This document shows, piece by piece, positions 25,678-39,553 of a stretch of 64,000 bases of DNA. Source of the stretch: Felis catus (lineage: Eukaryota); assembly GCF_018350175.1 (NCBI RefSeq), contig NC_058368.1, positions 108,130,001 to 108,194,000 of the forward strand, read 5' to 3'. A program made the position numbers and the translations under genes. The notes under the pieces are model-generated. The model searched no databases and was not told the DNA's origin. It saw only the letters and a program-made list of their open reading frames with translations. How positions within the stretch are numbered: position 1 is the stretch's first letter; each line of letters begins with the position of its first letter.

Positions 25678-25862
25678 TGTATCTTTTTATTCTTGGAGAA
25701 ATAAGCATTCTGTGGGAATAAACTGACCAATTGTTATCTAGATTTTTCCCCCCACATAGTGTCAAATAAAAAAATAGGAAACTCTCCCTTCATGTAGTCT
25801 TACTGAAAATGCTTTATTTTTTTTTTTACTCTGAAACCTTCATTAATATAAGAAAAGTCTTC

Positions 25863-25901
<39 letters not shown>

Positions 25902-26229
25902 TGAGTGATTCCTCTGATTTCTTTGTGAAATAGGCAGTTAAATCTTAGGTCTTAGGGCATTATTTCTTAACAGTGTAGGCTAGGGTAATTTGCTTTAATT
26001 CAGCTGCCACCTGGTCCTATTTAAAATATTTTAGAAGTTCAGGCGTCCTAGAATGTTATAATTGATTTGGTCTGTCAATATTATTTAATCTGACATTCTC
26101 TCAAGTGTAGAACTATTTTTAGTGTTCTTTTTTCTTTTTTTTTTTTTTTAAACTTGGACGAGTATGAATTCACCATTTTTCTAGCCAACCCATTGTCTTT
26201 AGAAGGACAGTTATACTTTATATGGTTCT

Positions 26230-26461
26230 TCTTTTTTTATTTTTATTTTAATTTAATTTTTAAAAAATGTTTATTATTGAGAGACAGAGCATGAGCAGGG
26301 TAGGGGCAGAGAGAGGGGGAGACCCAGAATCCAAAGCAGGCTGCAGGCTCTGAGCTGTCAGCACAGAGCCTGACATGGGGCTTGAACTCACAAACTGCAA
26401 GATCATGACCTGAGCTGAGCCGAAGTCGGATGCTTAACTGACTGAGCCACTCAGGCGCCCC
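26230..26461 (-). mobile_element. CanSINE
   Basis: TSD TATGGTTCTTCTTTTT. Confidence 0.92.
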
Positions 26462-26694
26462 TGTATGGTTCTTCTTTTTAAACCAAAAATTGCCTTTTTG
26501 AAACTTCTACATAGTGGCTTTGGTTCCATCCTCTTTTGATAACCCACAGTAATGCTTCCTCTTTCGCATGATGTATGCTCTGGCCTACACGTATTTGAAA
26601 GCTGTGATAAATCTCTAGTTCCCTTAACTCTTACATGACATATTTTTCAGATTCCTCACCATTCAGCTTTCTCTTCTCTGGATATATTCTTTTT

Positions 26695-28945
26695 CTAAGT
26701 TTTTTAAAAAATTTGAGTATAGTCGACACACAACATTTATACTAGTTTTGCATATACAGAAAGGGATTCACCGTTTCTGTATGTTACGGTGTACTCACTG
26801 CAGGTGTAGCCACCATCTGTCACCGTATGATGCTTCTACAATATTGTTGGCTCTATTCTTTATACTATGCCTTTTATTTCTTTGACTTACTCATTCTGTG
26901 ACTGGAATCCTATATCTCCCACTTGCCTTCTCCCACTTTGCCTGTCCTCCCCATTACCTGCTTTCCCATCTGTCAACCATCAGTTTTTTTCTCTATCGGT
27001 CTAATTCTGTTTTTTGTTTATTTGTGTTTTTAGATGCCACATGAGTGAAATCATAGGTATCATAGGTATTTGTTGTTCTCATTTTGACTTGTTTCACTTA
27101 GCATAATATCCTCTGGGTCCATCCGTGTTGTTACAGATGGTACAGTCTCATCCTTTTGTAAGGGAGTTTAATCATAGTCCAGTGCGTGTGTACCACATCT
27201 TCCTTATCCATGTGTCTGTTGATAGACACTGAGGTTGCTTCCATATGTTGGCCTTTGTAAGTAATGTTGCAGTAACTGTGGGGGTCCATAAAACTTTTAT
27301 GAATTTGTGTTTCTATTTTCTTCCAGCAAATACCCAGTAGTGGAATTACTGGATCATATGGTTTTTCTTTTTTTAATTTTCTAAGGAACATTCATATTGT
27401 TTTCCACAGTGGTCATACCAGTTTACATTCCCACCTACAGTGCATGAGGGTTCCTTTTTTTGTTTTTAAATTAATTTATTTATTTTTGAGAGAGACCGAG
27501 ACAATGTGAGTGGGGAAGGGGCAGAGAGAGAGTCCCAAGCAGGCTGCATGCTGCCAGCACAGAGCCCGATGTGGGGCTTGAATACATGAAACCATGAGAC
27601 ATGAGTTGAAACCAAGACTCAGATGCTCAACCTGCTGAGCCACCCAGGTGCCCCTAAGGGTTCCTTTTTCTCCACATCCTTGCCAAACACTTCTTGTGTT
27701 TTTCAAGTAGGCATTCTTGCAGGTGTAAGATGATATCTCATAGTGGTTTTGATTTGCATTTCCCTGATGATGAGTGATTTTGAGCATCCTTTCATGTGTC
27801 TGTGGGCCATTTGTATGTCTTTTTTTGGAAAAATTTGTTTTCAGGTCCTCTGTCCATTTAAGAAAAAATTTTTTTACGTTTATTTTTCAGAGATAGAGCG
27901 TTAGTGGGAGAGGGGCAGAGAGAAAGAGGGAGATGCAGAATCTGAAGCAGGCTCCAGGCTCTGAGCTGTCAGCACAGAGCCTGACATGGGGCTTGAACCC
28001 AAGAACTGTGAGATCATTACCTGAGCCGAAGTCAGAAGCTTACCCGACTGAGCCACCCAGGTGCCCCTCCTTGTCAATTTTTTTAATTAGATTGTTTGCT
28101 TTTTCCATGTTGAGTTGTAGAAATTGTTCATGTCTTTTGGGTATTAACCCTTCATTGAATATATCATTTGCAAATATCTTCTCACATTCAGTAGGTTGTC
28201 TTTTTGTTTTGTTGATGATTTCCTTCACTGTGCAAAGCCTTTGTATTCTGATGTAGTCCCAGTAGTTTATTTTTGCTTTTGTTTCCATTGCCTGAGGAGA
28301 CCTATCTAGAAAAATGTGGCTGATGTTAGAGAGATTACTGCTTCTGTTCTCTTTTAGAATTTTTATGGATTCAGGTCTCACATTTAGGTCTTCAATGCAT
28401 TTTGAGTTTATTTTTGTGTATGGTGTGAGAAAGTGGTCTAGTTCCATTTTCTGACATGTAGCTGTCAGGTTTTCCCAGCCCCATTTATTAAAGAGGCCAT
28501 CTTTTCCCCATTGTATACTCTTGCTTCCTTTGTCACAGATTTTTTTTTTAAGTTTATTTATTTTGAGAGAGACAGGGAGAGTGCAAGTATGGGAGGGGCA
28601 GAGAGAGAGGGAGAGAGAATCCCAAGCAGGCTCTGCACTAACAGTGGGGAGCTCTGTCTTATGAACTGTGAGATAATGGGGCTCTGTCTTATGAACTGTG
28701 AGATAATGACTTGAGCCAAAACCAAGAGTTAGACCCTTAAACAACTGAGCCAGCCAGGTGCCTCTGTCATAGATTAATTGAGCATATAAGGTAGGGTTAT
28801 TTCTGGGCTCTCTATTCTGGTCCACTCATCTATGTGTCAGTGTTCATGTTAATACCATACTATTTTGATTACTATAGTGTTGTGGTGTATCTTAAAATCT
28901 GGGATTCTGATACCTCTGGCTTTTTCTTTTTCTGGATATTTCTGG
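26695..28945 (-). mobile_element. Carnivore L1 (ORF2 C-terminus plus 3'UTR) interrupted by three CanSINEs (~27455-27654, 27860-28067, 28540-28765)
   Basis: ORF2 homology QWGKDGLFNKW, LTPYTKINSK, PYDPVIPLLGI. Confidence 0.92.
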
Positions 28946-29099
28946 CCTATTAATGTCTCTTAAGATATGGTATCTAAAATAAGAGGCCATATTCCTGAAC
29001 TTTTGAATATGAAATTCTAGCCCTAAGTTCCTTTCATGGTTTGGAGGTACAAGCAGGATTGATAACCTCTTTAATATAAGTGCCTTAAATGGAAGGTGC

Positions 29100-30000
29100 C
29101 TGATACTTTTGAAGAGCACCTAAAATAGATGGGAGCGTTGGAAAAAGTTTCCTGAAGGAAATGATGGCCATATAAAGTTCTGAAGAGTATGCCAGGCTAA
29201 GTTGAACACCAGGTGTGATGCCCTATAGCCATGACAGGTAGAACCTGGTATTTTGTGGAACAGAATGAAGTTGAGAATGGTTGGATGGCACAATTATAGG
29301 GCATTGAGTGGAAAAGGTAGTAAATGATGTTGAAGGGAAAACTGGGACCACATCAAAAAGGCCCTTAGAAATTTTATTAATGGAGATGTTCCTGAGGATA
29401 TTAGTCATTAACAGAGTTTAATAAAAAAAGTAATAAATGCCACCAGCCATTCATTTTAGAAGGATCATTCTACCCCAAATGGCAGTGAATTAGAGGGCTG
29501 AGATGTGCCAAGAGATCAGTAAGCAGATATAATAGTATTTTTTAGATATGATGGTGGTGCTCAGACCTTCACTAGTGACTCTTGGAGTAAGAAGAAACAG
29601 ATTGGAAAAATAGTTTAGAGAATTCCATTGTTGTTTGACTGTCGGGGGAAGAGATGGAAAGGTAGGAGTCAGGGATTTGGTTTGGGGAACTGGGTGGATG
29701 AGAGAATTTAATGAAAGTTATTTGAGTGGGATTGGAGTAGAGGAGTGCCGTGGAAGAATTGGAGTTCAGTTAAGCTTGAGACAGGTAGCACATCCAGGTG
29801 GAGGTATACTGTATGCATTTGGTTATATGAGGTTGAGCTGAAAGGCATCTCTGCTTGAGAACTTTGTGCTTTAGATAGAGCTCTGCTGGGAAAGTGGATT
29901 TGGCTGTCATCAATATGCATATAATAACTGACCTCAGGGCAGTGATCCAACATAATTCAGAGGAGCATTTGTAGAGTGAAAAGAAGGCACAGGCCAAAAC
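29100..30000 (-). mobile_element. L2 remnant (RT region); a further fragment extends to ~30680
   Basis: YMHIDDSQI resembles the L2 YADD catalytic motif. Confidence 0.75.
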
Positions 30001-30554
30001 CCTTAAAGAACTGTTACCTTATATTTGAGCTAAAAGCCTGTGGTGTTTCTGTTGGGATTATTTGGGAACCAGCAAAAAAAAAAACAAAACAACAACAACA
30101 AAAAAAAAAAACAACAAAACAGGACCGCTCTGATGTATTTATTTAATAGAAACCCACCAAAATTTTTGATTTGGGGAGTTTTGATTTGAGAAAATATTTC
30201 TCAAAATTGTCTCCCCTAGTCAACTTTCACAGTGTCTAAAATTCATGTTAGTAGATTCTCTACTCTGGGTTAAGGCATTGTCTCTCTAGGAGTTAGCTGT
30301 TGAAATGTCGATATCCCTAAAGAGACCTAAAATGTTAATTGGTGGTGGTGGTGGTGGTGGTGGTGGTATTTTAGGTCAGTAGGTTTTTTTCTTGGAATTA
30401 AGACTGAAGGGACAGGTAAGAATTTGAGAAGGATTAGATTTGGGAAACATGACATCGCTGAGGAGTATGGGGTGACAGAGAAACCTGGACTTGAGCATTG
30501 AGGTTACCAACCACCTGGATAAAGAGATTAGTAGGAGAGTGAGAACCAGAGACT

Positions 30555-30555
<1 letters not shown>

Positions 30556-30590
<35 letters not shown>
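30556..30590. repeat. (GT)n microsatellite
   Basis: Direct array. Confidence 0.95.
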
Positions 30591-30595
<5 letters not shown>

Positions 30596-30711
30596 GGAGA
30601 TGTTGAGTTGGAGAACAAAGAGGTGATTCCATTAAAAGGAGGTAAGATAACATTTGAGAAGATAAAGAACTAAGTAGATGGAGAATCTTGAAAGTACTTC
30701 ATTTATAAATG

Positions 30712-30870
30712 AGGGCAACCATATGATTTATCATCTAAACTAGGACATAATGAGAAAATTTTTCATTTAAACTGGGACATACCGAGATAGAGGAATGGCT
30801 GTAATTACATTGTGAAAACTTGCATAAACTGGTGCTGTCATAAGCAAATAAGGACAAATGGTCATTGTAG
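30712..30870. mobile_element. MER94/MER81-like hAT-Blackjack element
   Basis: AGGGCAACCATATGATTTATCATCTAAAC ... GGACAAATGGTCATT termini. Confidence 0.7.
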
Positions 30871-30919
30871 TTAAAATGTGCTTATTTAAATAATACTTTA
30901 ATAAAATAGTGTCAACTTT

Positions 30920-31480
30920 AAGCTACCATGTGCCAAGCATTGTACTGAGTAAGCACTTTGAACATCTTCCTACATTCTTAAAATAATTCTCTGAGGTAAG
31001 TGGCATTGTTTTTATTTATAGTTGATGAAACCAAAGTGCAGAAAACTTGGCCTGCATTTCTCCATGGCAGTTAGACTTGGAAACAATGAAATGACTTAAT
31101 ACTGCCCATAATCAAAATCCATGTAAACTCTTGACTACACTGTACTGCAGAGGCTGTGGGTGTGTATATGTATTTTAAAATGTCCTCTGACTTACTCAGA
31201 AAGTTACTCTTGTAATCTTACATCATATATCAAATCCCATTCCCCTTCTGATAGCCATAACTCTGAAGGCTTTGTGCTAAGACTACATTCTAGGCATTTT
31301 ACATGTATTAACCTAATTTAAACCTGACAATAGCGTTATGAATTATTTCCATTTTATAGTTAGGAGAGTGAGGCATGGTGAGTAACTGCCTAAACTCAAC
31401 ATATTTAGTAAGTGCCAGAGCCAGAATTCATATTCTGGCAGTTCTACTCCAGAGCCTGTTTTCTTAAACTGCTATCCTAT
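30920..31480 (-). mobile_element. MIR fragments
   Basis: CCATTTTATAGTTAGGAGAGTGAGGC...AGTAACTGCCTAA...AGTAAGTGCCAGAGCCAGAATTCA. Confidence 0.72.
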
Positions 31481-32315
31481 ACAGCTTCCTCTAGCCCATA
31501 TTCTTTGTGTGGACCTGTTTTCATTTCTCTTGGGAGTGGAATTGTTTTGGTGCCTGGTAAGTGTATATATACCTATATAGGTAGGTTTCCTTAGTGTTTC
31601 TGAAGTTGTACAATTTTGCATTCACGCTGGTAGTCCATCTGATTACCTCCTCCCTCCTTTTCTGTTTTTTATTAAGGCATATGCAGCCTTTTCCAGAAGT
31701 TCTGAAACTCTGGTAGTTAGAAATACATTCTTTCTCCCTCTTTAAACATTTTGCCTCATTCATAGGTACTCTCAAATACAACCTCACTTCTATCCATTTC
31801 TGTAACCCTACTATGTGCAGTGTTATTAGCACCAGCAAATAGCAAGAGGCAGAATGTTTTGAGTCTTCAACAGTATCACCTCTGGCTATGATACTATTGC
31901 CCAGATAACTTTTCACTTAAACTGTGTAAGTGAATGGTTATATGCCTTTCTTTACAGTGTACTTAGGAAGGAAATAAATGGCAGTGACTTATTGCAGTGC
32001 TAATAGGTATTACAGTATACTGATTAGTTAAGAGATTCAGAGCAAATTTCTTTACCTTTCTGAATGTGTAAGATGAGGAAATTTGACTAGATTTCTTACA
32101 GGTCTTTATTGTTCTTGCCAGATCTGTATTTCTTTGGGAAGGAAAAAGGAATTAGCATTTGACAATAAAATGAGCAAGGAGATGGGGCATATACTTAGTA
32201 CATATTTTTCTTTCAGTATCAGAGAAGGCCTGATGATTTAAGCCATTATTCACTGGGGAAAAATGGAAACTAAGCAACAATGTTACTGTAAGACTTAGAG
32301 CTTTAGCTTCTTGCC

Positions 32316-32495
32316 TTTTTTTTTTTTTTTCCTAAACCATTTATTTATTTTTGAGAGAGGGAGTGAGCACAAGCCAGGGAGGGGCAGAGAGAGAGGGAGA
32401 CACAGAGCCTGAAGTGGGGCTCCAACTCAGCGACTGCAAGATCATGACCTGAGCTGAAGTTGGACACTTAACCAGCTGAGCCACCCAGGTCCTCC
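32316..32495 (-). mobile_element. CanSINE (internally deleted)
   Basis: Head and tail present, short body. Confidence 0.85.
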
Positions 32496-32943
32496 TAAAC
32501 CTGAGACTTTTGCATTGGATTTAGGCACTTAAAAATAGATTTTATTTTTAAATTCTTAGGATCCGAGGGTTGCCAGGTATCATAAAGTTGGTCTACATCT
32601 GGTACTTCCACATCACTATCCTAATATACTTACTGCTTATGATAAGTGTCCCAAGACAGGACATTCCCCTTGAGGCAGCAGTGACTTGGAAAGATGTTCT
32701 CATATGTGGAACATTCACTCTAGTTGTGCCATTTGTTTTGATTCAGAACTAGTATACTTTTTCTCTCTGATTTCCCTAAAAGTATTCTAAGTAGCACTAT
32801 TAACTCATTTCTCTAAAGATGAAGGCTTTTTTTTTTTTTTTTTTTAATAGCATTGTGATGGAACTGAGCCTTGTTAATTTGGAGAAGAGGTGTCTTTGGA
32901 TAAGAGATGAGCTTACACACTTTTGATATTGTCTAAAATGGTT

Positions 32944-33150
32944 GGGATGCCTGGGTGGCTCAGTTGATTTAAGTGTCTCACTTTTGATTTGGGCTCAGGT
33001 CCTGATCTCAGAGTTCGTGAGATCAAGCCCCACATCAGGCCCTGCACTGGCGGGGCAGAACCAGCTTGGGATTCTCTCTGTTCCCCCTCTGTCTCTGCCC
33101 TTCCACTGCTCACATCCCCCCTCCCCCCCCAATAAATAAACTTAAAAAAT
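32944..33150 (+). mobile_element. CanSINE
   Basis: Head GGGATGCCTGGGTGGCTCAG. Confidence 0.88.
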
Positions 33151-33759
33151 TTTTTTCAGTGCCTAAATTCACCTAAGGAAATAATGTAATTTGCTTTGTC
33201 TTCAGTATAAATAACAGGCAGATGGGGATGGAGGTGCCATTTAATGAGGTACAAAAGCAGCAAGTGATGCCAGCAGTTAATTAAAATGGATCTGATTTTA
33301 TTATTTCTTCATTAATTCTAAGCAGCGTGTGAATTACGTTGTAATAGTGATATGAGATGAATGCTAATAAAATGACTGCATTAAAATATTTTTGGTTGGC
33401 AGTGAAAAAAATTATTTTTTATGTAATTCCTACAAAATGTAATGAAAGACTGGTACTTTATGGACTGCATTTGAATGAGTAATTTTGAAATCCACTAAAT
33501 TTTCTTGCTCCTGCTAAATTATATGGGGTTTTCTAGAGAACTATTTTTGGCATATGCTTTCTTTCTGATTAGTAGTTATGGTTTTGATCTTTAGCATTGA
33601 TATACTGTACTTTTCAATGGAGTTATTTTCCAAAAAGAAAGATGGTGGCCATAATTTTTAAAGTTAATGGCGTGAAAGGGTCTTGCCTTTCATATGAATC
33701 AGTCTTGCTACCAGTTATTAATATGCAATGAATTTGTTTTAAATTTAATATTAACTGCA

Positions 33760-35480
33760 CATATTTTAGTTTTTATAAATTGAGAACTATTTATACCTGT
33801 GAAATTATCACTACACTCAGGATAATGAAAATACCTGTCCCCTCCAAAATTCTTTTTTTCAACCTTCTTATCTATTCTCAGGCAATCAACTGAACCTCTT
33901 TCCTATCACTAGAGATTCTAGAATTATATATGTGTGAATTCTACAATCCGGTGTGGCTTCTTAGCATAATTATTTTGAGATTCATCCATGTTGACTAGTG
34001 CATAATAGTTCATTAACTTTTTGTTACAAATAGTAATACATTGATTGGCTATAGCTTACTTAGTGTATTCCATTCACCTCTTGAAGGATAGTTGGGTTGT
34101 TTCCACTTCCAGGTATTAAAAATAAAGGTGCTGTTAAGTCTTTTGTGGACGTAGACTTCCATATCTTTTTTGTTTTTTTTTTTTGTTTATTTTTTTAAAG
34201 TTCGTTTATCTTGAGAGTGAGTGTGAGTGGGGGTGGGGCAGAGAAAGAGGAAGAATCTCTAGCAGGCTCTGCACTGTCAGCGCAGAGTCCATGTGGGGCT
34301 CAAACTCAGTAAACAGTGAAATCATGACCTGAGCAGAAATCAAGAGTCGGACACTTAACTGATTGGGCTGCCCAGGCACTTCTAGACTTTGATTTCTGTT
34401 AGGTAAATAACTAGGAATGGAATTGCTGCATTGTATGGTAAGTGTGTGTTTAATTTTTTAAGAAACTGCCAAACTGCATTCTCATCAACAGCATATGAGA
34501 GTTGAATTTGCTCCATATCATTGCCAACATTTGTATTTTCCTAATGAACAATGATGTTAGGGCATATTATCATGTACTTACTTGCTAGTGTCTATCCTTG
34601 ATCAGGAGTATGTCAAGATCATTTGTCCCTTCTTAAAATTGGGTTTTCTTAATGAGTTTTGAGCATTCCTGTATTTTTTCTGGATTCAAGTCCATTTTCA
34701 GATGACATGATTTACATATATATTTTTTTTCACTGTGTGGCTTGTCTTCATTTTGTTAACAGCATCTTACAGAGAGCAGAAATTAGTAATTTTGAAGTCC
34801 TGTTTATCACTTTTGTCTTTTATGTGTCATGCTTTTGTGTTTTATCTAAGAAATCTCTGCCTAAGACTACAAAAATTTCCACTGTGTTTTCTTCATGGAG
34901 TTTACAGTTTTAGATTTTCCCTTTAGAGCTCTGATGGATTTTGAGTTGATTTTTATATATGGTACAATGTGTAGATATCCTGTCATTCCGGCTCCATTTG
35001 TTGAAAAGGCTGTTGAAAAGGCCTGCCTCTGCAGAAAATCAGTTGACCGTATATACGTAGCTTTATTTCTGGATTGTCAGTTTTGTTTTATTGATCTATT
35101 TGTTTCTCTCCAGTACTACACTGTCTTGATATTTGCAGTTTTATAACGAATCTTCGAATATAATTGATCTTTGAGGTTGTTTTGGCCATTCTAGTTCATA
35201 TGCATTTCCATATGAATTTTTGATTCACCTTGTCAATTTCTGTTAACACTGCTTGGATTTTGATTAGAAGTGCCTGGAATCTTGCTCAAATTAGAATTGA
35301 CATGTAAAGGTCATTGAATTCATGAATACAGTACTGTATCTATTTGTCCTCTTTGTACATCATTTGATAATTTATTCCTAATTATTTCCTATTTTCCAGT
35401 GATACTAAATAGAATTATTTTCAAAAATTAATTTTCTGATTTCTTTGAACAGCTGTTCTATAGAAACAGTTGATTTTTTA
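33760..35480 (-). mobile_element. Old L1M fragment with a CanSINE at ~34165-34360
   Basis: GAGATTCATCCATGTTG, AGAAACTGCCAAACTG, ORF2 3' region. Confidence 0.82.
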
Positions 35481-35639
35481 ATTCTAACCATCTGTTGCTT
35501 AGTTTCATCTTCAGATGAAGTATAGTGTCCTACTTCATTGTCATTTTAGATTGGAAGAAATGTGTAAGCTTACAAAATGTAATGGGTCAGTATCTTGCAA
35601 GGAGTGGTACATATTATCCCCAGTATTTTGTCTTCATTT

Positions 35640-35965
35640 TTTTAAAGATTTTATTTTATTTAAAAAGTTTTCAAGTTTTTTATTTTGAGAAAGAGAAAGC
35701 ATGAGTGGGGGAGGGGCAGAGAGAGAAGGAGAGAGAGAATCCCAAGCAGGCTCTGCACTGTCAGTGTGGAACCCGATGTAGGGCTCAAACCCACAAACCG
35801 TGAGATCATGACCTGAGCTGAAGTCAGACACTCAACCAGCTGAGCCACCCAGGCACCCCAAAGATTTTATTTATAAGCTATCTCCACAGCCATTGTGGGG
35901 CTCTAACTTACAACCCTGAGATCAAGAGTTGCATGTTCTATTGACTGAGCCAGCCAGGTACCTCC
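35640..35965 (-). mobile_element. CanSINE inserted in the tail of an older short CanSINE
   Basis: TSD AAAGATTTTATTT; two heads (~35859 and ~35962). Confidence 0.85.
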
Positions 35966-36554
35966 ATCATTTTTTTAAAATGAAATACTAATATTCCTCA
36001 TAATATGGAACCTTGAAACTTCAAAGTACCATTATTTAAATAGTTGAATTTGTAGGCAATTTCAGGAAAGTATTTGATTCTGAAGGAGGAATTATTTGTT
36101 TTTAGGGGATTCCAAGAGTCCGTTCAAATTATATATTTTAGAGAACCCAGTGTCTTGCTACTGGTTTTGTGAGAATGAAGGAAAGTGTATAAGGATTTTG
36201 AGGTTTGAGGCTTATGCATATGAATCACATTGCAGCTTACTGAGATGCAGAAGACTGAGGAAGCCGTGAATTTGGGATTTTCATTTCGATTTGGACGTGG
36301 TAGATTTTAGGCCTTTTGTTGACTGTTAAGTGATTATATGTTTATTTGGAGTTTTATAAATATGTATAACATATATCTTAGGTTAAAAATATGCCTGAAG
36401 TCCCAAACTAGTTGTATGCAAAATTAGAACTCAAACCTAGGGCCCTCTGACTCCAAAGCCAATATAGCTGTCCCTGTTGTATTGTCAAGGCAGAAAAACA
36501 TGCTTCACTTTGGCAGTAATAAATGTTCCCTCTGAGCTTTTATGATTATATAGC

Positions 36555-36920
36555 AGAGTTTGCAACATCCCAGGCCAGCAGGATCCATACAGATAATTGA
36601 GTTGTGTTATAAGAGAGTGATGACATCTGCAGGCAACTGCAAAGCCTATGTCCCATCTGAAGGATTAGCTGCTAATCAGCTCCAACAGATTGTTACCATG
36701 TGGGAATGTGAATGTGGGCCCAGTATTGCTGGATCTTCTGACCTTTTTTTTTTTTTTTTTTTTTCCTCCAAGAGAGGTCAGAAATACTGGTTTTCATGTC
36801 AAGTCTTCTGATTTATAGGTAGCTATCCTATATATGTATATATCCTACATGCTATGTAGGTCATCCTTATTTGGTCCACCATACATATGTGTTAGATTCT
36901 ACCCCGTGAGCAATCTATGG
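36555..36920. mobile_element. MER102-like hAT-Charlie element
   Basis: CAGCTCCAACAGATTGTTACCATGTGGGAATG...GGGCCCAGTATTGCTGGATCTTCTGA. Confidence 0.72.
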
Positions 36921-37639
36921 TAAGCCTTGGACCTGGTATACTATGAACACAACAATAAATTTATATGATGTGAAGAGGGTGGTAACTGTAATAAGCACAT
37001 TACAACCTTTGAAATGCAAGTTGCTTAATTTGAACATGGCGCTTAATGAATCTGGTATTTAAATTCAGTTTTCTTATAGGTCAGTTACTTATAGATGGTG
37101 GAAGAGGGAATTGCTCCCTATAGCTTTTTGCCTCCTAATTGCATGCCTTCATTTGTAGATCGGGCCAACTGTGAGTTTGTGGACATTTAACTGAAACCCA
37201 TTTGACTGAACCCAAATGAGAAGAAACCTTCAAGAACCAACTGCTATTCATAGAATCTGCAGTCATCTGTATGTGTAATATGGAATGTTCTCAACCTAGA
37301 GATAGCTGAATGGGTGACTCCATTGACAAGGAGTGGTAAGTTTGACTATCCCCACTGATAATTAACTATATCCTTTCCATAAAAAGAGCACTCCTCCTCT
37401 TTTGTTCTTACCATTTACTCACTATTGAATAGTAAGTTAATTTTTGTATCACAGAGAATGACAACAGTGCAGTTTAGGAAGACACTTTATCCCTAACTGT
37501 ATTTAACATATGTTTGCAGTCAGACTTTTTTCTTAAGTTAGGCACATCTATTCCTTTGGCATTCTATTTTTCTTCTTTATTTCTCTGTCAAATTATACCT
37601 TTCTCCAAGGCCTGTCCTTGAAATACTCAGCTCACGTTA

Positions 37640-38050
37640 AAATGATGGTCATGATACTTAACAACATCCACTCTAATCTTGGTTAATGGTAGATGTCATT
37701 GCTGTTGGAAGTGGTTGTTTTAGGAATAGATCTAGTTTTGGCCAGTTGGTCATAGAAAGAAGTCTTAAGAAGATGCTGGGAGAGGTTTTCTTGGTTTTGA
37801 GAAAGAAGAAAAGAGATGATCCCTCTTCTCCGTAAAGATGGTTTTATCTGGATTGACCTCTGGAACTGCTGTAGCCATTTTGTTACTAGACTGAAAGTGA
37901 TGCCCTTATGGAAAGGAGGGCAGAGGCAAGAAGAGTGCAGAGAAGTAGAACTGGGAGTTCCATGTAATATACCTAGAATTACCCTAACTTGTGATGTGAA
38001 ATAATCAATTTCCTTACTGTTAACTTGCTGCAGAAATCATCTCATTTGAT
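37640..38050 (+). mobile_element. Old MaLR (MLT1H/I/J-like) LTR fragment
   Basis: CTGGAACTGCTGTAGCCATTTTG...TGTGAAATAATCAATTTCCTTA. Confidence 0.6.
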
Positions 38051-38619
38051 TTCTCCACTGATTATCTGCTGTCTTTAGTGTGTCATGCATTTATTTATGC
38101 TTGATTAGGTTCTGTCCTGTCCAGTAATACTTGTTTATGTATGTCGCTTTTCTAGCACATTGTAAATTTTGTGAAGTCAAGGGCTGTGCTTATATTCCTG
38201 CTGTGTCTTACATTAGTATTATCTTCTTAATAAAGCCATCAGTGCATATTTACTGAATTGAATTGTTTGAACAGTTTAGTATTTGAAAAACCAATCTACA
38301 GAATTGAATCATTACCGAGATTGTCTTTTAATTCAAATTCTTTTCTTTAACCACACTACTTCCCTGGAGGATTATAAATGAAGTTTGGCTTTTAAGATGA
38401 TTGGTGTGTAATACATTTTCAAGTAATCAGTTCTATTCTAAAAAAATGTTTTGTTTTTCTTCAACTTGACTGTCAAAATCAGATCATTTCCTATGTATTT
38501 GATTTTCGGTTTTCAGTTTAATAAATTTCACTATCTTCTGTGTTATAAACACAGAATAGTTTATGTTCTGTTTTTGATACTAATAATAGGAATAAGGGAC
38601 AAAGATAGGAAGAAACAAA

Positions 38620-38773
38620 GGGGTGCCTGGGTGGCTCAGTCAGTTAAGCGTCTGACTTCAGCTCAGGTCATGATCTTGCAGTTTGTGAGTTCAGGCTCCA
38701 TATCAGGCTCTATGCTGTGAGCTTTGGATCCTCTGTCTCCTTCTCTGTCTGTTCCTCCCTTGCTTGTTCACAT

Positions 38774-38820
<47 letters not shown>

Positions 38821-39026
38821 AGAGAGTTTGTTTATTTTGAAGAGAGAGACAGAACACAAGTTAGGGGAAGAGGGGCAGAGAGAGAGGGAGAGAAGAGAAT
38901 CCTAAGCAGGCTCTGTGCTGTCAACAAGGAGCCTGACTTGGAACCCAGTCCCACAAACTGTGAGATCATGACCTGAACCCAAACCAATAGTTGGACGCTT
39001 AACTGACTGAGCCACTCAGGCGCCCC
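38620..39026. mobile_element. Two CanSINEs tail-to-tail (+38620-38820, -38826-39026)
   Basis: Heads at both outer ends. Confidence 0.9.
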
Positions 39027-39339
39027 TGTGTATGAAAACATCTTGACTGATACATCCTTTATCATCACCCATTTTAAACTGTATAATGATAACTCAGGGG
39101 ACTTTGTGAATTAGGTAAGTCTCTGATAATGCAATCCATTATCAGTTGTGTAAGGGGGCAGATAAAGCAGGCCATTCATTGTTTGATTCCAAGGATTCAA
39201 CGATTAAGTAGAAGGTGGTAAATAAATACACTGTCCATGCCATTGCTAAGGAGCTTATTGTTAACTAGAATAGGCTATCATTACCTGAATGATCCTACTA
39301 GTGTAGAGTAGGATTATTAACTGAGGATTGATGATCTCT

Positions 39340-39553
39340 TTAAAAAAAAAATTTTTTTTTTAACATTTATTCATTTTTGAGTGAAGGAGTGTGTGGGGAG
39401 GAGGGGCAAAGAGAAAGGGAGGCACAGAATCTGAAGCATGCTCCGGGCTTTGAGCTGTCAGTACAGAGCCCAATGTGGGGCTTGAACTCATGGACTGAGA
39501 GATCATGACCTGAGCTGAAGTCAGATGCTTAACCAACTGAGCCACTCGCGCTC
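39340..39553 (-). mobile_element. CanSINE
   Basis: Consensus-like. Confidence 0.9.

Noticed and set aside
28040..28825. 261-aa ORF
   Set aside because: L1 ORF2 C-terminal fragment reading through an inserted SINE by chance; no intact EN/RT.
32540..32752. Acceptor TTCTTAG at 32559 followed by a 60-aa ORF
   Set aside because: No recognisable protein similarity and no strong downstream donor.
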